DNA from: Candidatus Fraserbacteria bacterium
GTDB lineage: Bacteria > Bipolaricaulota > Bipolaricaulia > RBG-16-55-9 > DRXL01
Direction: 5' to 3'
Length of the DNA stretch: 64,000 nt
NCBI GenBank assembly: GCA_947085185.1
Contig: CAMTVK010000005.1
Span: 1-64,000 of the forward strand
Shown: piece after piece, positions 9,997-24,800 of the stretch
How positions within the stretch are numbered: position 1 is the first letter of the stretch
How the letters are laid out: every line of letters starts with the position of its first letter
Made by a program: the position numbers and the translations under genes
The notes under the pieces: generated by a model
Told to the model about the DNA's origin: nothing
Databases searched by the model: none
What the model saw: only the letters and a program-made list of their open reading frames with translations

Positions 9997-10614
9997 ATGA
10001 GCGCAGAGAAGATCGTCGAGAAGATTCTCAGTGATGCCCGTGCCGAAGCAGAACGCATTCTCGAGGAGGCGCGCGCCCAAGCCGCTCAGATTCGCGAGCA
10101 CGCTCAACTTGAGGCGCAGCGCCAGCGCGAACTCATCTTAGCGCAAGCCCAACTCGAAGCGCAGAGCCGCCGCCGCGCCCTGCTCGCAGAAGCGACGGCA
10201 GCGGCACGGAATGCTGTTCTGGGAGCCAAGCGCGCTGTGCTCAATAACGTCTTCGCGCACACGGCGGACAAGCTCGCGGCCATGCCCGCCAACGAATACA
10301 AGAGCTGGCTGCTCCAGCTCCTCGTAAAAGCCGTCGAGACCGGCGACGAAGAAGTCATTCTCTCTCCGGCGGACCGCCAGACCCTAGGCGGGACCCTCGT
10401 GAGGGAAGCTAATGCCCAGTTAGCGCAGCAGAGCAAGAAGGGCGCTTTAAAGCTCTCCGCCGAGACGCGCGACGTGGGGCGCGGCTTCATCCTCAAGGGC
10501 AAAAATAGCGAGATCAACGTGACGCTGAAGACGCTCTTGCGGCGCGCTCAAGACGAACTGGAGATCGAAGTCGCTCAGATGCTCTTTGGGGAGGGACGCG
10601 TCGGTGGTCGGTGA
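9997..10614 (+). CDS. ntpE: V/A-type ATPase subunit E
   Basis: EKIVEKILSDA coiled-coil N-terminus, GFIL..INVT C-terminus; operon position. Confidence 0.9.
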   Translation: MSAEKIVEKILSDARAEAERILEEARAQAAQIREHAQLEAQRQRELILAQAQLEAQSRRRALLAEATAAARNAVLGAKRAVLNNVFAHTADKLAAMPANEYKSWLLQLLVKAVETGDEEVILSPADRQTLGGTLVREANAQLAQQSKKGALKLSAETRDVGRGFILKGKNSEINVTLKTLLRRAQDELEIEVAQMLFGEGRVGGR

Positions 10615-11626
10615 ACTCTTAGAAACTCGGTTTGAGCAAGATGGAGCGTATGCGTTCGCCACGGGGCGGGTTCGCGCCCTGGAGGCGAAGCTGCTCACAC
10701 GGGCGCACTATCAGCGCTTGCTTGATGCTGCCGATGCTCCCGAAGCCTGGCGTGCCCTGGCAGAGATGGGCTATGCCAAAGCTGCCGAAAGAACACTCGA
10801 AGAGTACGAAGACGTGCTCACCGATGAGTTGCGAGAGCTCTATGCTCTCTTCCGAGAGCTCTCTCCGGATCCAGAGCGCACGGAGTGGCTCCCGCGACGC
10901 TATGACTTCCATCACGTCAAAGTGTATCTGAAAGCGAAGCTCTTGGGGGAAGACCCGACAGAGGGCGTGCTGGAGGGGGTGGGGACGGTTCCGCCAAAGC
11001 TCATTGAAGCTTCAGTGAACACCGGGGTCTGGAGCGCGTTGCCTGTTGAGCTTGCCGATGCGGGCGCGCGCGCCCAGCGCGCCTACGAGAGCACGCGCCA
11101 AGCCCAGCTTATAGACACAGTCATAGACCAATCGCTCTTTGGGTACTTGCAGGCAGCTACAGCGCGCCATCCGTTCGCAAGGGCTCTCATAGCGATCTGG
11201 GGGGACTTGCTCAATTTGAAATCCCTGGCACGCGCGAAGATCATGGGCAAAGATCGCGCGTTTGCGAGCAGAGTGCTCGTGCCCGCCGGATCTCTCGAAG
11301 AGCTGAGAGCGCTTGCACTCATGGATGTAGGCCTGGAGACCTGGGCCGATGAGCTCCGTCACACGGCGTACTCAGAAATGCTCAGTCGAGGGTTGGCTTA
11401 TTGGGGAGAGAGAAGATCTCTGGCGCTCTTGGAGAAGCTCAGCGACGATTTTGTCATACACTTTCTCAAGCGAGCGCACCTGGCGCTCTATGGCGCTGAG
11501 CCCTTAATAGCTTATGTGCTAGCCAAGGAGACCGAACTGAAAAATATAAGAATTATCTTAGTGGGCAAGCTCAACGGTCTTGCGAAAGAGATCATCGAAG
11601 AGCATCTGAGGGAGCCGTATGTCTAA
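10604..11626 (+). CDS. ntpC: V/A-type ATPase subunit C
   Basis: YAFATGRVRALEAKLL, YDFHHVK and AKETELKNIRII motifs; GTG10604 follows GGGAGG. Confidence 0.9.
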   Translation: MVGELLETRFEQDGAYAFATGRVRALEAKLLTRAHYQRLLDAADAPEAWRALAEMGYAKAAERTLEEYEDVLTDELRELYALFRELSPDPERTEWLPRRYDFHHVKVYLKAKLLGEDPTEGVLEGVGTVPPKLIEASVNTGVWSALPVELADAGARAQRAYESTRQAQLIDTVIDQSLFGYLQAATARHPFARALIAIWGDLLNLKSLARAKIMGKDRAFASRVLVPAGSLEELRALALMDVGLETWADELRHTAYSEMLSRGLAYWGERRSLALLEKLSDDFVIHFLKRAHLALYGAEPLIAYVLAKETELKNIRIILVGKLNGLAKEIIEEHLREPYV

Positions 11627-11945
11627 GATTGCTATTGTGGGCAAGAAAGACGTGTATTTGGGGTTCAAAGCCCTAGGGGTGACGGTGCGCGACGCGCGGA
11701 CGCCGCAGGCGGCTGAGCAAGCCGTGCTCGAGCTGGCCTCTCAAGGGTTTTCGGTGATCTTTATCGCCGAGAATCTGGCGCGCTCTCTTGGCGCTCTCTT
11801 GGAGCGATTCAGTAAACAACCCACCCCGGTGATCGTGATGATCCCAGATAACACGGGGAGTTTGGGCATAGCGCGCGAGCGCATCCGAAAGTTAGTGGAG
11901 CGTGCTGTGGGCATCGATATTCTCTCGCGCAGAGAAAGATCATAA
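11619..11945 (+). CDS. ntpF: V/A-type ATPase subunit F
   Basis: [27 protein letters not shown]. Confidence 0.92.
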   Translation: MSKIAIVGKKDVYLGFKALGVTVRDARTPQAAEQAVLELASQGFSVIFIAENLARSLGALLERFSKQPTPVIVMIPDNTGSLGIARERIRKLVERAVGIDILSRRERS

Positions 11946-11962
11946 ATTATGGAGGACTATCT

Positions 11963-13756
11963 ATGGCAGTCGGTCGTATTGTGAAAGTTGCAGGGCCGTT
12001 GGTCGTAGCCGAGGGGTTGACCGACGCGAAGATGTACGAAGTCGTGCGCGTCGGCAGAGAGCGACTCGTGGGTGAAGTGATCGTTCTCGACGGCGATCTG
12101 GCTTCGATTCAGGTGTACGAAGAGACGGCGGGCCTGGGGCCGGGAGACCCTGTGGAGGGCACAGGCGAGCCGCTGTCGGTCGAGTTAGGGCCTGGGCTTA
12201 TCAGCTCTATTTACGATGGGATTCAGCGTCCGCTCGAAGCGATCCAGCAGAGATGGGGGGCCTATATTCGGCGTGGGGTTGAGGCCCCAGCGCTCAATAG
12301 AGCGCTCAAGTGGCGCTTCGTCCCCACGGTCAAGAAGGGCGAAACCGTCGGGGAAGGGGATATCATCGGGACGGTGCAGGAGACGACGCTGGTGCTGCAC
12401 AAGATTATGGTCCCGCCGGGAATATCCGGGACTCTCGAGGAGATTCGCGCCGGGGAGTTCACCGTAGACGAAACAATCGCCATTGTGAAAGACGCGCAAG
12501 GGAGGCGCCATGAGCTGAGGCTCATGCAGCGGTGGCCGGTGCGCAAGGCCCGCCCGTATAGAGAGAAACTGCCCAGCGCAGAGCTTCTGACTACAGGGCA
12601 ACGCATTATTGATACGCTCTTCCCTATTGCCAAGGGGGGAACGGCGTGCGTGCCGGGGCCGTTTGGCTCTGGGAAGACAGTGATCCAGCACCAGCTCGCC
12701 AAGTGGGCCGACGCGGATATTATTGTCTTCGTCGGCTGCGGAGAGCGCGGCAACGAGATGACCGACGTCTTGATAGAGTTCCCCGAGCTCGAAGACCCCA
12801 AGACCGGCGAACCCCTCATGAAACGCACTATTCTCATCGCGAACACGTCCAATATGCCGGTGGCCGCCCGCGAAGCCTCCGTCTACACGGGGATCACTAT
12901 CGCTGAATATTTCAGAGACATGGGCTACAGCGTGGCGCTCATGGCCGACTCTACTTCCCGATGGGCCGAGGCGATGCGCGAGATCTCCGGGCGTCTTGAA
13001 GAGATGCCTGGTGAGGAGGGCTACCCAGCATATTTGGGGTCGCGCACCGCGGATTTTTACGCGCGTGCCGGGCGCGTCGTCTGTCTGGGCAAGCCCGAGC
13101 GCCAAGCAAGCTTGAGTGCCATCGGCGCGGTCTCTCCTCCAGGGGGAGATCTTTCGGAGCCCGTTACCCAAAATACGCTGAGATTGGTGAAAGTCTTCTG
13201 GGGGCTCGACGATAAGCTCGCCTATCGGCGACACTTCCCTGCGATCAATTGGTTGACGAGCTACTCGCTCTACTTGGAAGACTTGGCGCCGTATTTTGAG
13301 AAGCATGTCGGGCCGGAGTGGAACGAGCTGCGCCGCGAATTTATGAGATTATTACAGATCGAAGCGGAGCTCGAAGAGATCGTGCGCTTAGTAGGAGTGG
13401 AGGCGCTCTCCCCCCCAGATAGACTGAAGCTTGAGGTCGCGCGCAGCATTCGCGAAGATTATCTGATGCAGAGCGCCTTCGACGATGTGGACACGTACTC
13501 GTCGTTGAAGAAGCAACTGCTTATGATGAAGCTGATCAAAGCGTTCTATGACTTGGGAGAGCAGGCGCTCTCTCGTGGCGTCGCGATCGAGAAGGTGATC
13601 GAGCTGCCGGTGCGGGAGCGCATCGCCAAAGCGAAGTTCATTCCCGAGAGCGAGTTCGAAGCCCGCTGGGCTGAGATCACCCGCGAGATCACGCACGCGT
13701 TCGAACAGGTGATGGCAGGAGGAGCGTATGCAGAAAGAGTACACGAGCGTCTCTGA
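11963..13756 (+). CDS. ntpA: V/A-type ATPase subunit A (catalytic)
   Basis: Walker [29 protein letters not shown]; no intein. Confidence 0.97.
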   Translation: MAVGRIVKVAGPLVVAEGLTDAKMYEVVRVGRERLVGEVIVLDGDLASIQVYEETAGLGPGDPVEGTGEPLSVELGPGLISSIYDGIQRPLEAIQQRWGAYIRRGVEAPALNRALKWRFVPTVKKGETVGEGDIIGTVQETTLVLHKIMVPPGISGTLEEIRAGEFTVDETIAIVKDAQGRRHELRLMQRWPVRKARPYREKLPSAELLTTGQRIIDTLFPIAKGGTACVPGPFGSGKTVIQHQLAKWADADIIVFVGCGERGNEMTDVLIEFPELEDPKTGEPLMKRTILIANTSNMPVAAREASVYTGITIAEYFRDMGYSVALMADSTSRWAEAMREISGRLEEMPGEEGYPAYLGSRTADFYARAGRVVCLGKPERQASLSAIGAVSPPGGDLSEPVTQNTLRLVKVFWGLDDKLAYRRHFPAINWLTSYSLYLEDLAPYFEKHVGPEWNELRREFMRLLQIEAELEEIVRLVGVEALSPPDRLKLEVARSIREDYLMQSAFDDVDTYSSLKKQLLMMKLIKAFYDLGEQALSRGVAIEKVIELPVRERIAKAKFIPESEFEARWAEITREITHAFEQVMAGGAYAERVHERL

Positions 13757-15128
13757 GATTGCTGGCCCCATTATGATCGTGGAAGGGGTGAGCGGGGCCA
13801 AGTACGAAGAGCTTGTAGAGATCGAGCTGAGCGGCGGAGAGATCCGCCGTGGGCGCGTCTTGGAAGTCGACCGTGATAAGGCCGTCATCCAGCTCTTTGA
13901 GGCCGCCCAGGGCTTAAATCTGAGACAAAGTCGGGTGCGCTTCTTAGGGAGAGTCATGGAGCTTGGTGTCTCCGAAGATCTGTTAGGAAGGGTCTTTGAC
14001 GGTGCAGGCCGTCCTATTGATGGCGGCCCGCAGATCGTCCCAGAGAAGAGATTGCCCATCTCCGGAGAGCCGCTCAATCCGTACTCGCGTGACTATCCCA
14101 ACGAGTTCATCCAGACTGGGATTTCCGTCATTGACGGGCTGAACACGCTGGTGCGCGGGCAGAAGCTCCCGATCTTTTCGGGGGCGGGGTTGCCCCACAA
14201 TCGCATCGCTGCCCAGGTTGCCCGCCAAGCGAAGGTGCTCGGCCAGGCCGAAGAGTTCGCTGTGGTCTTCGGCGCCATGGGCATCACCTTCGAAGAAGCG
14301 AACTTCTTCATAACAGATCTGAGAAAGACCGGGGCGCTCGAGCGCGCCGTGATGTTTATTAATCTCGCCGACGACCCCGTGATCGAACGCATCACGACCC
14401 CAAGACTCGTTTTGACGTGTGCAGAGTATCTTGCGTTCGAGCGCGACATGCACGTCTTGGTCATCTTGACGGACATGACCAATTACGCCGAAGCGCTGCG
14501 CGAGGTCTCGGCAGCTCGTAAAGAAGTCCCCGGCCGGCGCGGCTACCCCGGCTATATGTACACAGACTTGAGCACGATCTACGAGCGCGCCGGGCGCATC
14601 AAGGGCAAGAAAGGGTCTATCACCCAGATGCCCATCTTGACGATGCCCCAGGACGACAAGACCCACCCCATCCCAGATCTGACGGGCTACATCACCGAGG
14701 GGCAGCTCTTCTTGTCGCGCGAGCTTCACAGAAAGGGCATCTATCCGCCCTTTGATGTGTTGCCCTGCCTGTCGCGCCTCAAAGACAAAGGGATCGGGCC
14801 GGGCAAGACACGCGAAGACCACGCGGGTGTGCTCAATCAATTATACGCAGCCTATGCGCGCGGCGTGGACGTGCGCGAGATGGCCGCGATCTTAGGTGAA
14901 GCTGCCCTCAGCAAGAGCGATAGAATCTATATGAAATTCGCCGACGAGTTTGAGCGAAGATTCATTCAGCAGGGCGAGTATGAGGATCGGACTATCATTG
15001 AGACGCTGACGATCGGGTGGGAGCTGCTCAGTATGCTCCCGCGAGGAGAGCTCAAGCGCGTGCGCGACGAGTTCATCGAAAAGTATCTGCCGAAGAGACC
15101 GGATGCTGAAGCATCCGGCGCTGTGTAG
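13728..15128 (+). CDS. ntpB: V/A-type ATPase subunit B
   Basis: [25 protein letters not shown] and [13 protein letters not shown] motifs. Confidence 0.97.
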   Translation: MQKEYTSVSEIAGPIMIVEGVSGAKYEELVEIELSGGEIRRGRVLEVDRDKAVIQLFEAAQGLNLRQSRVRFLGRVMELGVSEDLLGRVFDGAGRPIDGGPQIVPEKRLPISGEPLNPYSRDYPNEFIQTGISVIDGLNTLVRGQKLPIFSGAGLPHNRIAAQVARQAKVLGQAEEFAVVFGAMGITFEEANFFITDLRKTGALERAVMFINLADDPVIERITTPRLVLTCAEYLAFERDMHVLVILTDMTNYAEALREVSAARKEVPGRRGYPGYMYTDLSTIYERAGRIKGKKGSITQMPILTMPQDDKTHPIPDLTGYITEGQLFLSRELHRKGIYPPFDVLPCLSRLKDKGIGPGKTREDHAGVLNQLYAAYARGVDVREMAAILGEAALSKSDRIYMKFADEFERRFIQQGEYEDRTIIETLTIGWELLSMLPRGELKRVRDEFIEKYLPKRPDAEASGAV

Positions 15129-15181
15129 CGTGCTTCGGACGGCGACTTCAGCCGTCGGCAAAGAAAGCGGGTGTGAGACCT

Positions 15182-15814
15182 ATGGCAGTCGCGCAGAGAG
15201 TCAATGCGACACGCATGGAGCTTCTCAAACAGAAAAAGCGTTTGGCGATGGCCCGGCGCGGCCATAAGCTCTTAAAACAGAAGCGCGACGAGCTGATGCA
15301 CCGATTCTTGCAGTTGGTTGAGGAGACGCGGGGTTTGCGCGAGCGCGTCGAAGAGAAGTTAGCCCAGGGCTTTCGTAGCTTCTTGCTCGCACGGGCCGAG
15401 ATGTCCAAAGAAGTGATGGAAGAATCGCTCATGACCGGGGCAAGCAGCAACGGCGCGCTCCAGATGGAGATGGAATCGGTCATGAGCGTCTGGGTGCCGC
15501 GCTTTGCGCTCCGCGATGATCGGGATATTTATGCATATGGGTTTGCTGTGACATCGGCGGAGCTGGACACAGCGCTGACGCTCTTCAAAGAAGCGCTCCC
15601 GGATATGATCAAGCTCGCCGAGATTGAAAAATCTTTGGAGCTCTTAGCTGAAGAGATCGAGACGACGCGCCGGCGTGTGAACGCTCTTGAAAGAGTACTG
15701 ATCCCGCAGTTGGAGGAGAACATTCGCAAGATCTCGATGGCTTTGGACGAGATGGAGCGCAGCGCCAGAGCGTCGCTCATGCGCATCAAAGAGATCATTC
15801 GCGGGGAAGTATAA
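15182..15814 (+). CDS. ntpD: V/A-type ATPase subunit D
   Basis: NATRMELL..RGHKLLKQKRDEL; TTRRRVNALE. Confidence 0.95.
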   Translation: MAVAQRVNATRMELLKQKKRLAMARRGHKLLKQKRDELMHRFLQLVEETRGLRERVEEKLAQGFRSFLLARAEMSKEVMEESLMTGASSNGALQMEMESVMSVWVPRFALRDDRDIYAYGFAVTSAELDTALTLFKEALPDMIKLAEIEKSLELLAEEIETTRRRVNALERVLIPQLEENIRKISMALDEMERSARASLMRIKEIIRGEV

Positions 15815-15873
15815 CGGGGCGCGCTTGGGAGCGCTTGCTCATCGAGGCTGCTTCTGATTATACTCATAACGAG

Positions 15874-16665
15874 ATGGAAGAGCTCGCTCGTATGAAGACA
15901 CTCGCTCTCGAAGCAGCCCAACAAGCTGGGGAACTCCTGCGAGAAAACTTTGGGTATGCTCATCGCTTTGTGCTCAAGAGCAGCTTTCGCGACCTGGTCA
16001 CCGAATGCGATCGCCGCGCAGAAGAGCTCATCGTCTCTAAGATACAGCGCACTTTCCCTACACACTCTATCCTCACTGAAGAGGGCTCCGTGCGCCCCAC
16101 CGGGACAGCCCCCTATCAATGGATCATAGACCCCCTTGACGGGACGACCAACTTTGCCCACGGCTTCCCGTTCTTCGCGGTCTCGATTGCGCTCTATCGA
16201 AAAGATGAAGCCCTTGTGGGGGTCGTGTATAATCCCATCCATCATGAGCTGTTTGTCGCTGAAGCTGGGCACGGGGCATGGCTCAACGGCCGCCCCATTG
16301 AGGTTTCGCAAACCAAGACGCTGCAGGAGAGCTTGGTGATGGCCGGCTTCCCCTACGATGAGCGCTTGATCTCCCAGCACTTAGTCTGGTGGGAGCGCTG
16401 TGCGAGAAAGACCCAGACGTTGCGCCGACTCGGTTCTTCCGCACTGGCGCTCTCATACTTGGCTGCCGGACGAGCCGATGGCTATTGGGAGTTAGACCTC
16501 AAGCCGTGGGATATAGCTGCAGCGGTGCTCATCGTGCGCGAGGCCGGAGGCACGGTGACAGACTTGCACGGCCATACTCTCGAGCTCTCCCGTGGCGAAA
16601 TCTTAGCAACCAACGGCAAGATTCATGATCACATGATCCACCTATTGCGAGGCGAGCGTGAGTGA
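15874..16665 (+). CDS. suhB: Inositol monophosphatase family protein
   Basis: [21 protein letters not shown] and WDIAAA motifs. Confidence 0.9.
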   Translation: MEELARMKTLALEAAQQAGELLRENFGYAHRFVLKSSFRDLVTECDRRAEELIVSKIQRTFPTHSILTEEGSVRPTGTAPYQWIIDPLDGTTNFAHGFPFFAVSIALYRKDEALVGVVYNPIHHELFVAEAGHGAWLNGRPIEVSQTKTLQESLVMAGFPYDERLISQHLVWWERCARKTQTLRRLGSSALALSYLAAGRADGYWELDLKPWDIAAAVLIVREAGGTVTDLHGHTLELSRGEILATNGKIHDHMIHLLRGERE

Positions 16666-17987
16666 CTGTGGAGCAAACGTATATCGAAGATATTGCTCAG
16701 AAAGTCGGGCAAGAGGCGCTCATTTGCGGCTGGCTCTATAACCGTCGGGAGTCTGGCAAGATTCAATTTCTCTTGATTCGCGACGGGACGGGGATCATTC
16801 AAGGGGTCGTCACCAAAGCCGACGGAGATGTTTTTGAAAAAGCTTTAAGGCTCACGCAGGAGTCGTCCTTAAGAGTGTGGGGCACGGTGCGCCAAGACTC
16901 GCGCGCCCCCGGCGGCTACGAACTCCACATCAAAGAGCTTGAGATCGTGCAACGGGTTGAAGAAAAGTACCCTATTGACCTAAAAGAGCATGGGCCGGGG
17001 TTCTTGCTCGACCATCGGCACCTGTGGATTCGCACGCCCAGGCAGACTGCGATCTTGCGAGTGCGCCACGAAGTGATGCAGTCTATCAGAGATTTCTTCA
17101 ATGAGCGCGGCTTCATCGCGACGGAATCCCCTATCTTGACGTCCTCAGCGTGCGAGGGCACGACCACGCTCTTTGAGGTCAAGTACTTCGATGAGCAGGC
17201 GTATCTTTCTCAGAGCGGGCAGCTCTATCTGGAAGCGACGGCGATGGCCCTAGGCAAGGTCTACTGGATCGGTCCGGCGTTTCGCGCCGAAAGGTCCAAG
17301 ACCCGAAAACACTTGACGGAGTTCTGGATGGCCGAGGCCGAAGTCGCTTTCTGTGATCATGAGCGCAATCTCAGGCTCCAAGAAGAGCTCGTCAAGTATG
17401 TGATCCAGCGATGCTTGCACAAGCGCGCTCGTGAGCTGAAGGAGCTGGAGCGCCACACAGATTCTCTCGAAAAAGTCCTGCATGAGCCGTTCGCCCGCGT
17501 CACTTATGCAGAGTCTTTGGAGATCGTCAACGATCTTTTGAGAGAGAAGATCGCGTCTGGAGAAGTCGAGCGACTCCATTGGGGAGATGACTTTGGCGCA
17601 CCCCATGAAGAAGCGCTTGGGCAGCACTTTGGGCGCCCTGTCTTCGTGGAGTTCTTCCCCGCGAAGATGAAAGCGTTCTATATGGAGCCTAAGCCCGATA
17701 ATCCCGAACTGGTGCTGGCTGCTGACTTGATCGCACCTGAGGGCTATGGGGAGATCATCGGGGGGAGCCAGCGCATCTCTGATATGAATCTATTGCGCCA
17801 GCGCCTGAAAGAGTTTGGGCTGCCTGAGGAACCATACGCTTGGTACATTGATTTGCGCAAGTACGGGGGAGTGCCGCATGCAGGGTTTGGGTTGGGGGTC
17901 GAGCGTCTGACGACGTGGATTGCCGGGATCGAACATCTGCGCGAGACGATCCCATTCCCCAGAATGCTCTATCGTTTGAAGCCGTAG
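16662..17987 (+). CDS. asnS: Asparagine--tRNA ligase
   Basis: OB fold (RDGTG), [38 protein letters not shown] and GFGLGVER motifs. Confidence 0.93.
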   Translation: MTVEQTYIEDIAQKVGQEALICGWLYNRRESGKIQFLLIRDGTGIIQGVVTKADGDVFEKALRLTQESSLRVWGTVRQDSRAPGGYELHIKELEIVQRVEEKYPIDLKEHGPGFLLDHRHLWIRTPRQTAILRVRHEVMQSIRDFFNERGFIATESPILTSSACEGTTTLFEVKYFDEQAYLSQSGQLYLEATAMALGKVYWIGPAFRAERSKTRKHLTEFWMAEAEVAFCDHERNLRLQEELVKYVIQRCLHKRARELKELERHTDSLEKVLHEPFARVTYAESLEIVNDLLREKIASGEVERLHWGDDFGAPHEEALGQHFGRPVFVEFFPAKMKAFYMEPKPDNPELVLAADLIAPEGYGEIIGGSQRISDMNLLRQRLKEFGLPEEPYAWYIDLRKYGGVPHAGFGLGVERLTTWIAGIEHLRETIPFPRMLYRLKP

Positions 17988-18004
17988 AAGCCCCTCACCT
18001 CCTA

Positions 18005-18168
18005 GCTCTCTCTCAGAGAAGAAAAGACAGAGCGAGGAGCGAGTCTCACCATCTCGCTCCCCGCTATCATAGCAGTGTACGTATTACTTGCGGACCTCGA
18101 GCTTGCCCCCTGCCTCCACGACGCGCAAGCTATGCGACAGCTTTTCGCGCAGCCCTTTGCCCTTAAGG
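18005..18168 (-). ncRNA. Candidate structured RNA/leader with its own promoter and terminator, no downstream ORF
   Basis: Minus-strand TTGACT-18-TACAAT (TGn-extended, 18174-18203); a three-way-junction-like fold, then a GC hairpin and a pyrimidine-rich tract. Confidence 0.4.
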
Positions 18169-18207
18169 CCCAGATTGTAGCAGATGTCCCCCAAGAAAGT
18201 CAAGCGT

Positions 18208-18236
18208 TTGACAGATGCCGCAGGGTCTGCTATACT
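18208..18236 (+). promoter_or_regulatory. sigma70-type promoter of rpsF-ssb-rpsR
   Basis: TTGACA-17-TATACT with an extended TGn. Confidence 0.8.
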
Positions 18237-18272
18237 CAGTCTTAAAGAGAGTTTTATTGAGTGGAGGAGACA

Positions 18273-18566
18273 TTGGCGCAGAATCGTTCGTATGAGCTGT
18301 TATATATCGTGCGGCCGGACCTAGGTGAAGCCGAGCTTGAGGAAGCTATCAATAAATTTCAGAAAGCTGTGAACGATGGCGGAGGCCGGGTCGTCAAGAT
18401 AGACGAGTGGGGGTTGCGGACGCTGGCTTATCAGATCAAGCATCTCGACAAGGGCTATTATGTGTTTATGGAGTTTCAAGGGACGCCTGATCAGGTGCGC
18501 AAACTCGAGGAGCGGTTGAAGCTCGACGAGAATATTCTACGCTATCAGGTCGTCCGTCAACAATAA
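18273..18566 (+). CDS. rpsF: 30S ribosomal protein S6
   Basis: YELLYIVRPDL, WGLRTLAYQI and GYY motifs; TTG start after GGAGGA. Confidence 0.95.
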   Translation: MAQNRSYELLYIVRPDLGEAELEEAINKFQKAVNDGGGRVVKIDEWGLRTLAYQIKHLDKGYYVFMEFQGTPDQVRKLEERLKLDENILRYQVVRQQ

Positions 18567-18567
18567 G

Positions 18568-18984
18568 ATGCCAGGCTTAAATCACGTAGTGCTGATTGGC
18601 AATCTCACGGATGACCCTGAGCTGCGCTATACTCAGAATGGGGTAGCGCGTGCACGGTTCTCCATCGCGGTCAACCATCGGTGGCGCGACCGCGATGGCA
18701 ATCTTCAAGAAGAGACGACGTTCGTGCCCATTGTCGTATGGGGGCAACAAGCAGAGAATTGTGCCAATTTCTTGGCCAAGGGCCGACTCGTCGCGGTGGA
18801 GGGGCGCCTGCGCATTGACACCTATCAGACAGAAGAAGGGGAGCGACGCAAGGTCACTGAAGTTGTGGCACGTACTGTTCAGTTCTTGGGTAGTCGCCGT
18901 GAGGAGGCCCCAGAAGAGACGGCTTCCAAGTCTGTGGAGCCCAAAGAGATCCCACCAGAAGGAGAGGAAGAAGTGCCGTTTTAG
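18568..18984 (+). CDS. ssb: Single-stranded DNA-binding protein
   Basis: NHVVLIGNLTDDPELRYT; acidic EEVPF tail. Confidence 0.96.
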   Translation: MPGLNHVVLIGNLTDDPELRYTQNGVARARFSIAVNHRWRDRDGNLQEETTFVPIVVWGQQAENCANFLAKGRLVAVEGRLRIDTYQTEEGERRKVTEVVARTVQFLGSRREEAPEETASKSVEPKEIPPEGEEEVPF

Positions 18985-18990
18985 ATACTT

Positions 18991-19251
18991 ATGACACGAC
19001 GAGAATCGGCGGATGGCAAGAACCGGATGCAGCGTGGCAAACTGAAGGGTCGCGACGAGTGCAAGCTGTGTGAGCACGACGTGGTGCTGACCTATAAGCA
19101 ACCGGATGAGCTGAGGCGGTACATGAACAAGCTCGGCAAGATCTTACCCCGCCGCGCGTCGCGCTTGTGCGCCAAGCACCAACGGCAGTTGGCTCGCGAG
19201 GTCAAGCGCGCCCGCAAAATGGCGCTCCTCCCCTACGAAGTCGAGCAATAG
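18991..19251 (+). CDS. rpsR: 30S ribosomal protein S18 (Zn-binding C+ form)
   Basis: CKLC...GKILPRR..LCAKHQRQLAREVKRARKMALLPY. Confidence 0.95.
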   Translation: MTRRESADGKNRMQRGKLKGRDECKLCEHDVVLTYKQPDELRRYMNKLGKILPRRASRLCAKHQRQLAREVKRARKMALLPYEVEQ

Positions 19252-19312
19252 TCGCGTCCCGCCAAGTTGACGAGCGCGCGCCAGCGCGGTTTAATAGAGT
19301 CGGTGGTCCGCG

Positions 19313-21883
<2,571 letters not shown>

Positions 21884-21887
<4 letters not shown>

Positions 21888-24800
21888 GCCCGTTTGTACA
21901 CTTGCATGTGCATTCGGAGTATAGCTTGCTTGATGCGATGTGTCGCATCAAAGAGCTGATACAAAAGTGCGTGGAGCAGAAGATGCCCGCGCTGGCCCTC
22001 ACTGATCACGGCAATCTCTGCGGGGCTATAGAGTTCTATAAGTGCGCGACCGAGCACAGGATCAAGCCTATTATTGGGTGCGAACTCTACGTCGCCCCCA
22101 AAAGCCGGCACATCAAAACCAAAGAAGATGGGACGAAGTATTATCACTTGACGGTGCTCGCTCGCAACGAGACAGGCTACCGAAACTTAGTCAAGTTGAC
22201 GAGCTTGGGCTACGTCGAGGGGTTTTACTACAAACCAAGAGTAGACAAAGAGTTGCTGCGGCGCTACCACCAAGGGTTAATACTATTGTCAGGGTGCCGA
22301 AGCAGCGAGATCTGTCGGCTCATTGGGCAGAATAAATTCGAGAGTGCTCTGGAGGTCGCCCAAGAATTTCGCGCCCTTGTCGGCCCAGAGAATTTTTATA
22401 TAGAACTGCAAAATCACGGCCAGCCTGAAGACAACGTGCGCAACGAACAGCTCGTTGAAATCGCGCGGCGCTTAGATATCCCAGTTGTCGCTACGAACGA
22501 CGTGCACTATATTGCCCGTGAAGACCGAGAAGCCCATGACGTCTTGCTCAACATCCAGGGCGATAAAACTCTTGCCGACGAAGATCGGCGCTCCTACGAG
22601 GGCGAGGAATATTACTTTAAGAGCTATGACGAGCTGGCGCCGCTCTTTGAAGAATGGCCAGAGGCATTAGAGAACACGGTGCGCATCGCCGAGCAGTGCG
22701 ATCTGACACTAGATTTTTCCAAAGCCCATCTGCCCTCGTTCGAACTGCCCCCTGGCTCTCGCGACGCCCACGAATATCTGAGGGCGCTTGCGTATGAAGG
22801 CGCGCGAGCCCGCTTCGGAGAGCTCTCTGCGGAGATCACCGAGCGCTTAGAGTACGAGCTCTCCGTGATCGCGCAGATGGGCTATTCTGGATATTTTCTG
22901 ATCGTGCAGGATTTTGTGAGATTCGCGAAGAGTCGCAGCATCCCTGTGGGGCCGGGGCGTGGCTCGGCCGCGGGGAGTTTAGTCTGCTACTGTCTGGGCA
23001 TTACTGATATCAATCCTCTGGAGTATGGGCTGATCTTTGAGCGCTTTTTGAACCCCGCGCGCGTCAGCCTTCCCGATATTGATATCGACTTTTGTATGCG
23101 CCGCCGCGATGAAGTCATTCGATATGTGGAAGAAAAATACGGGCGGGAGCGGGTCGCTCAGATCGTCACGTTCGACAAGATGAAGGCGCGCAGTGTGGTG
23201 CGCGATGTCGCTCGGGTGCTGGGGTTTGCGTACTCTGATGCCGATAAGATCGCCAAGCTTATTCCCTTCGGCAAGACTCTCGATGAAGCCTTGGAGGGCG
23301 TGAGCGAATTGCAGCGTCGGTACGGAGCAGATCCGCAAGTTCGGAGGCTCTTGGACGTGGCGCGCAAGCTCGAAGCGCTCGCTCGGAACGCAGCTACCCA
23401 TGCAGCAGGGGTCGTCATCACCCCTGGGGAAGTGACGGACTTTGCCCCGCTCTTACGCATCAGCGACGGGTCCGTGCGCACCCAGTACACCATGAAAGAC
23501 TTAGAGACCATCGGCTTGCTCAAGATAGACTTTCTGGGGCTGCGTAACTTAACGGCAATTGACGATACGCTGCAATCTATTAAGAAGCTCACGGGCGAAG
23601 AGATCGATCTCAAGAGAATCCCATTGGACGATCCCGACGTCTACGCGTTGTTACAGCAGGGGCGCACACGGGGCGTCTTTCAGTTAGAAGGCACAGGGAT
23701 CACCGCATTGGTACAGCGGCTCAAGCCCACAGAATTTCGCGACCTCATCGCGATTTTAGCGCTCTATCGTCCCGGACCCCTCGAAAGTGGCATGGCCAAC
23801 GACTACATCGAGCGCAAGCATGGGCGCCAGCCCGTGACCTATCCCCATCCCGACCTCCAAGGAGTGCTCGAAGAGACCTATGGGCTGCCGATCTATCAAG
23901 ATCAGTTGTTGTTGATGGCGCGCACGCTCGCCGGGTTCAGCTTGGCCGAAGCCGATATTTTGCGTGTCGCCGTAGGCAAGAAGAAAAAAGACGTCATGGA
24001 CAAGATGCGCGCGCGCTTCATCGAGGGGTGCGTCCAGAATGGGATCACCCGCGCCAAAGCTGAAGAACTCTTCGCAGATATCGAGAAATTCGCGCGCTAC
24101 GGCTTCGTCAAAGCACACTCGACAGCCTACGCTCTCATCTCATACTGGACGGCCTATCTCAAAGTGAAGTATCCCACGTGTTACTTGGCGGCTCTGCTGA
24201 CGAGCGTCTCCGGCAACACCGACAAGATCGCCGAATATATTCAAGAGTGTCGCGAGCTGGGCATCACCGTCATGCCCCCGGATATCAACGAGAGCGATGC
24301 AGACTTTACGCCCCTGCCCAACAAGCAAATCCGTTTTGGGCTAGGGGCGATCAAGAACGTGGGAAGCGCCACGGTGCACGCTATCTTAGCGGCGCGGCAG
24401 CGCGGCGGGCCGTTCCGCAATTTTGCGGATTTCTGTCGTCGTGTGCCAAGCGGCGCCCTCAATCGCGAAGTGCTAGAAAGTCTGATCAAGTGTGGAGCGT
24501 TTGATCGCTTTGGCACGCGCAAAGGGCTGCTGGCTCAGGTCGAAACCGGGCTGGCTTTAGCTGCGCAGGTGCACCGGGAGCGCAAGAGTGGCCAAAAGTC
24601 GTTCTTCGCTGATGAAGAGCTCTCTATGGGCTGCCCTATCGATGGGCACGAAGAGTTTGCCCAATCGGAGCTGTTGCGATTTGAAAAGGAGCTGCTCGGA
24701 CTCTATGTGAGCGGACATCCCTTGGAGCACCTCCGAGAGCGCTTAGAGCTCTTGTGCACGTGCGAGCTTCGGGGGGTGCAAGACCAGCCCCATGGAAAAG

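Noticed and set aside
12185..14840. Long antisense ORFs (373, 229 and 285 aa) over ATPase A/B
   Set aside because: Shadow frames of highly conserved genes in GC-rich DNA; they contain no recognisable motifs.
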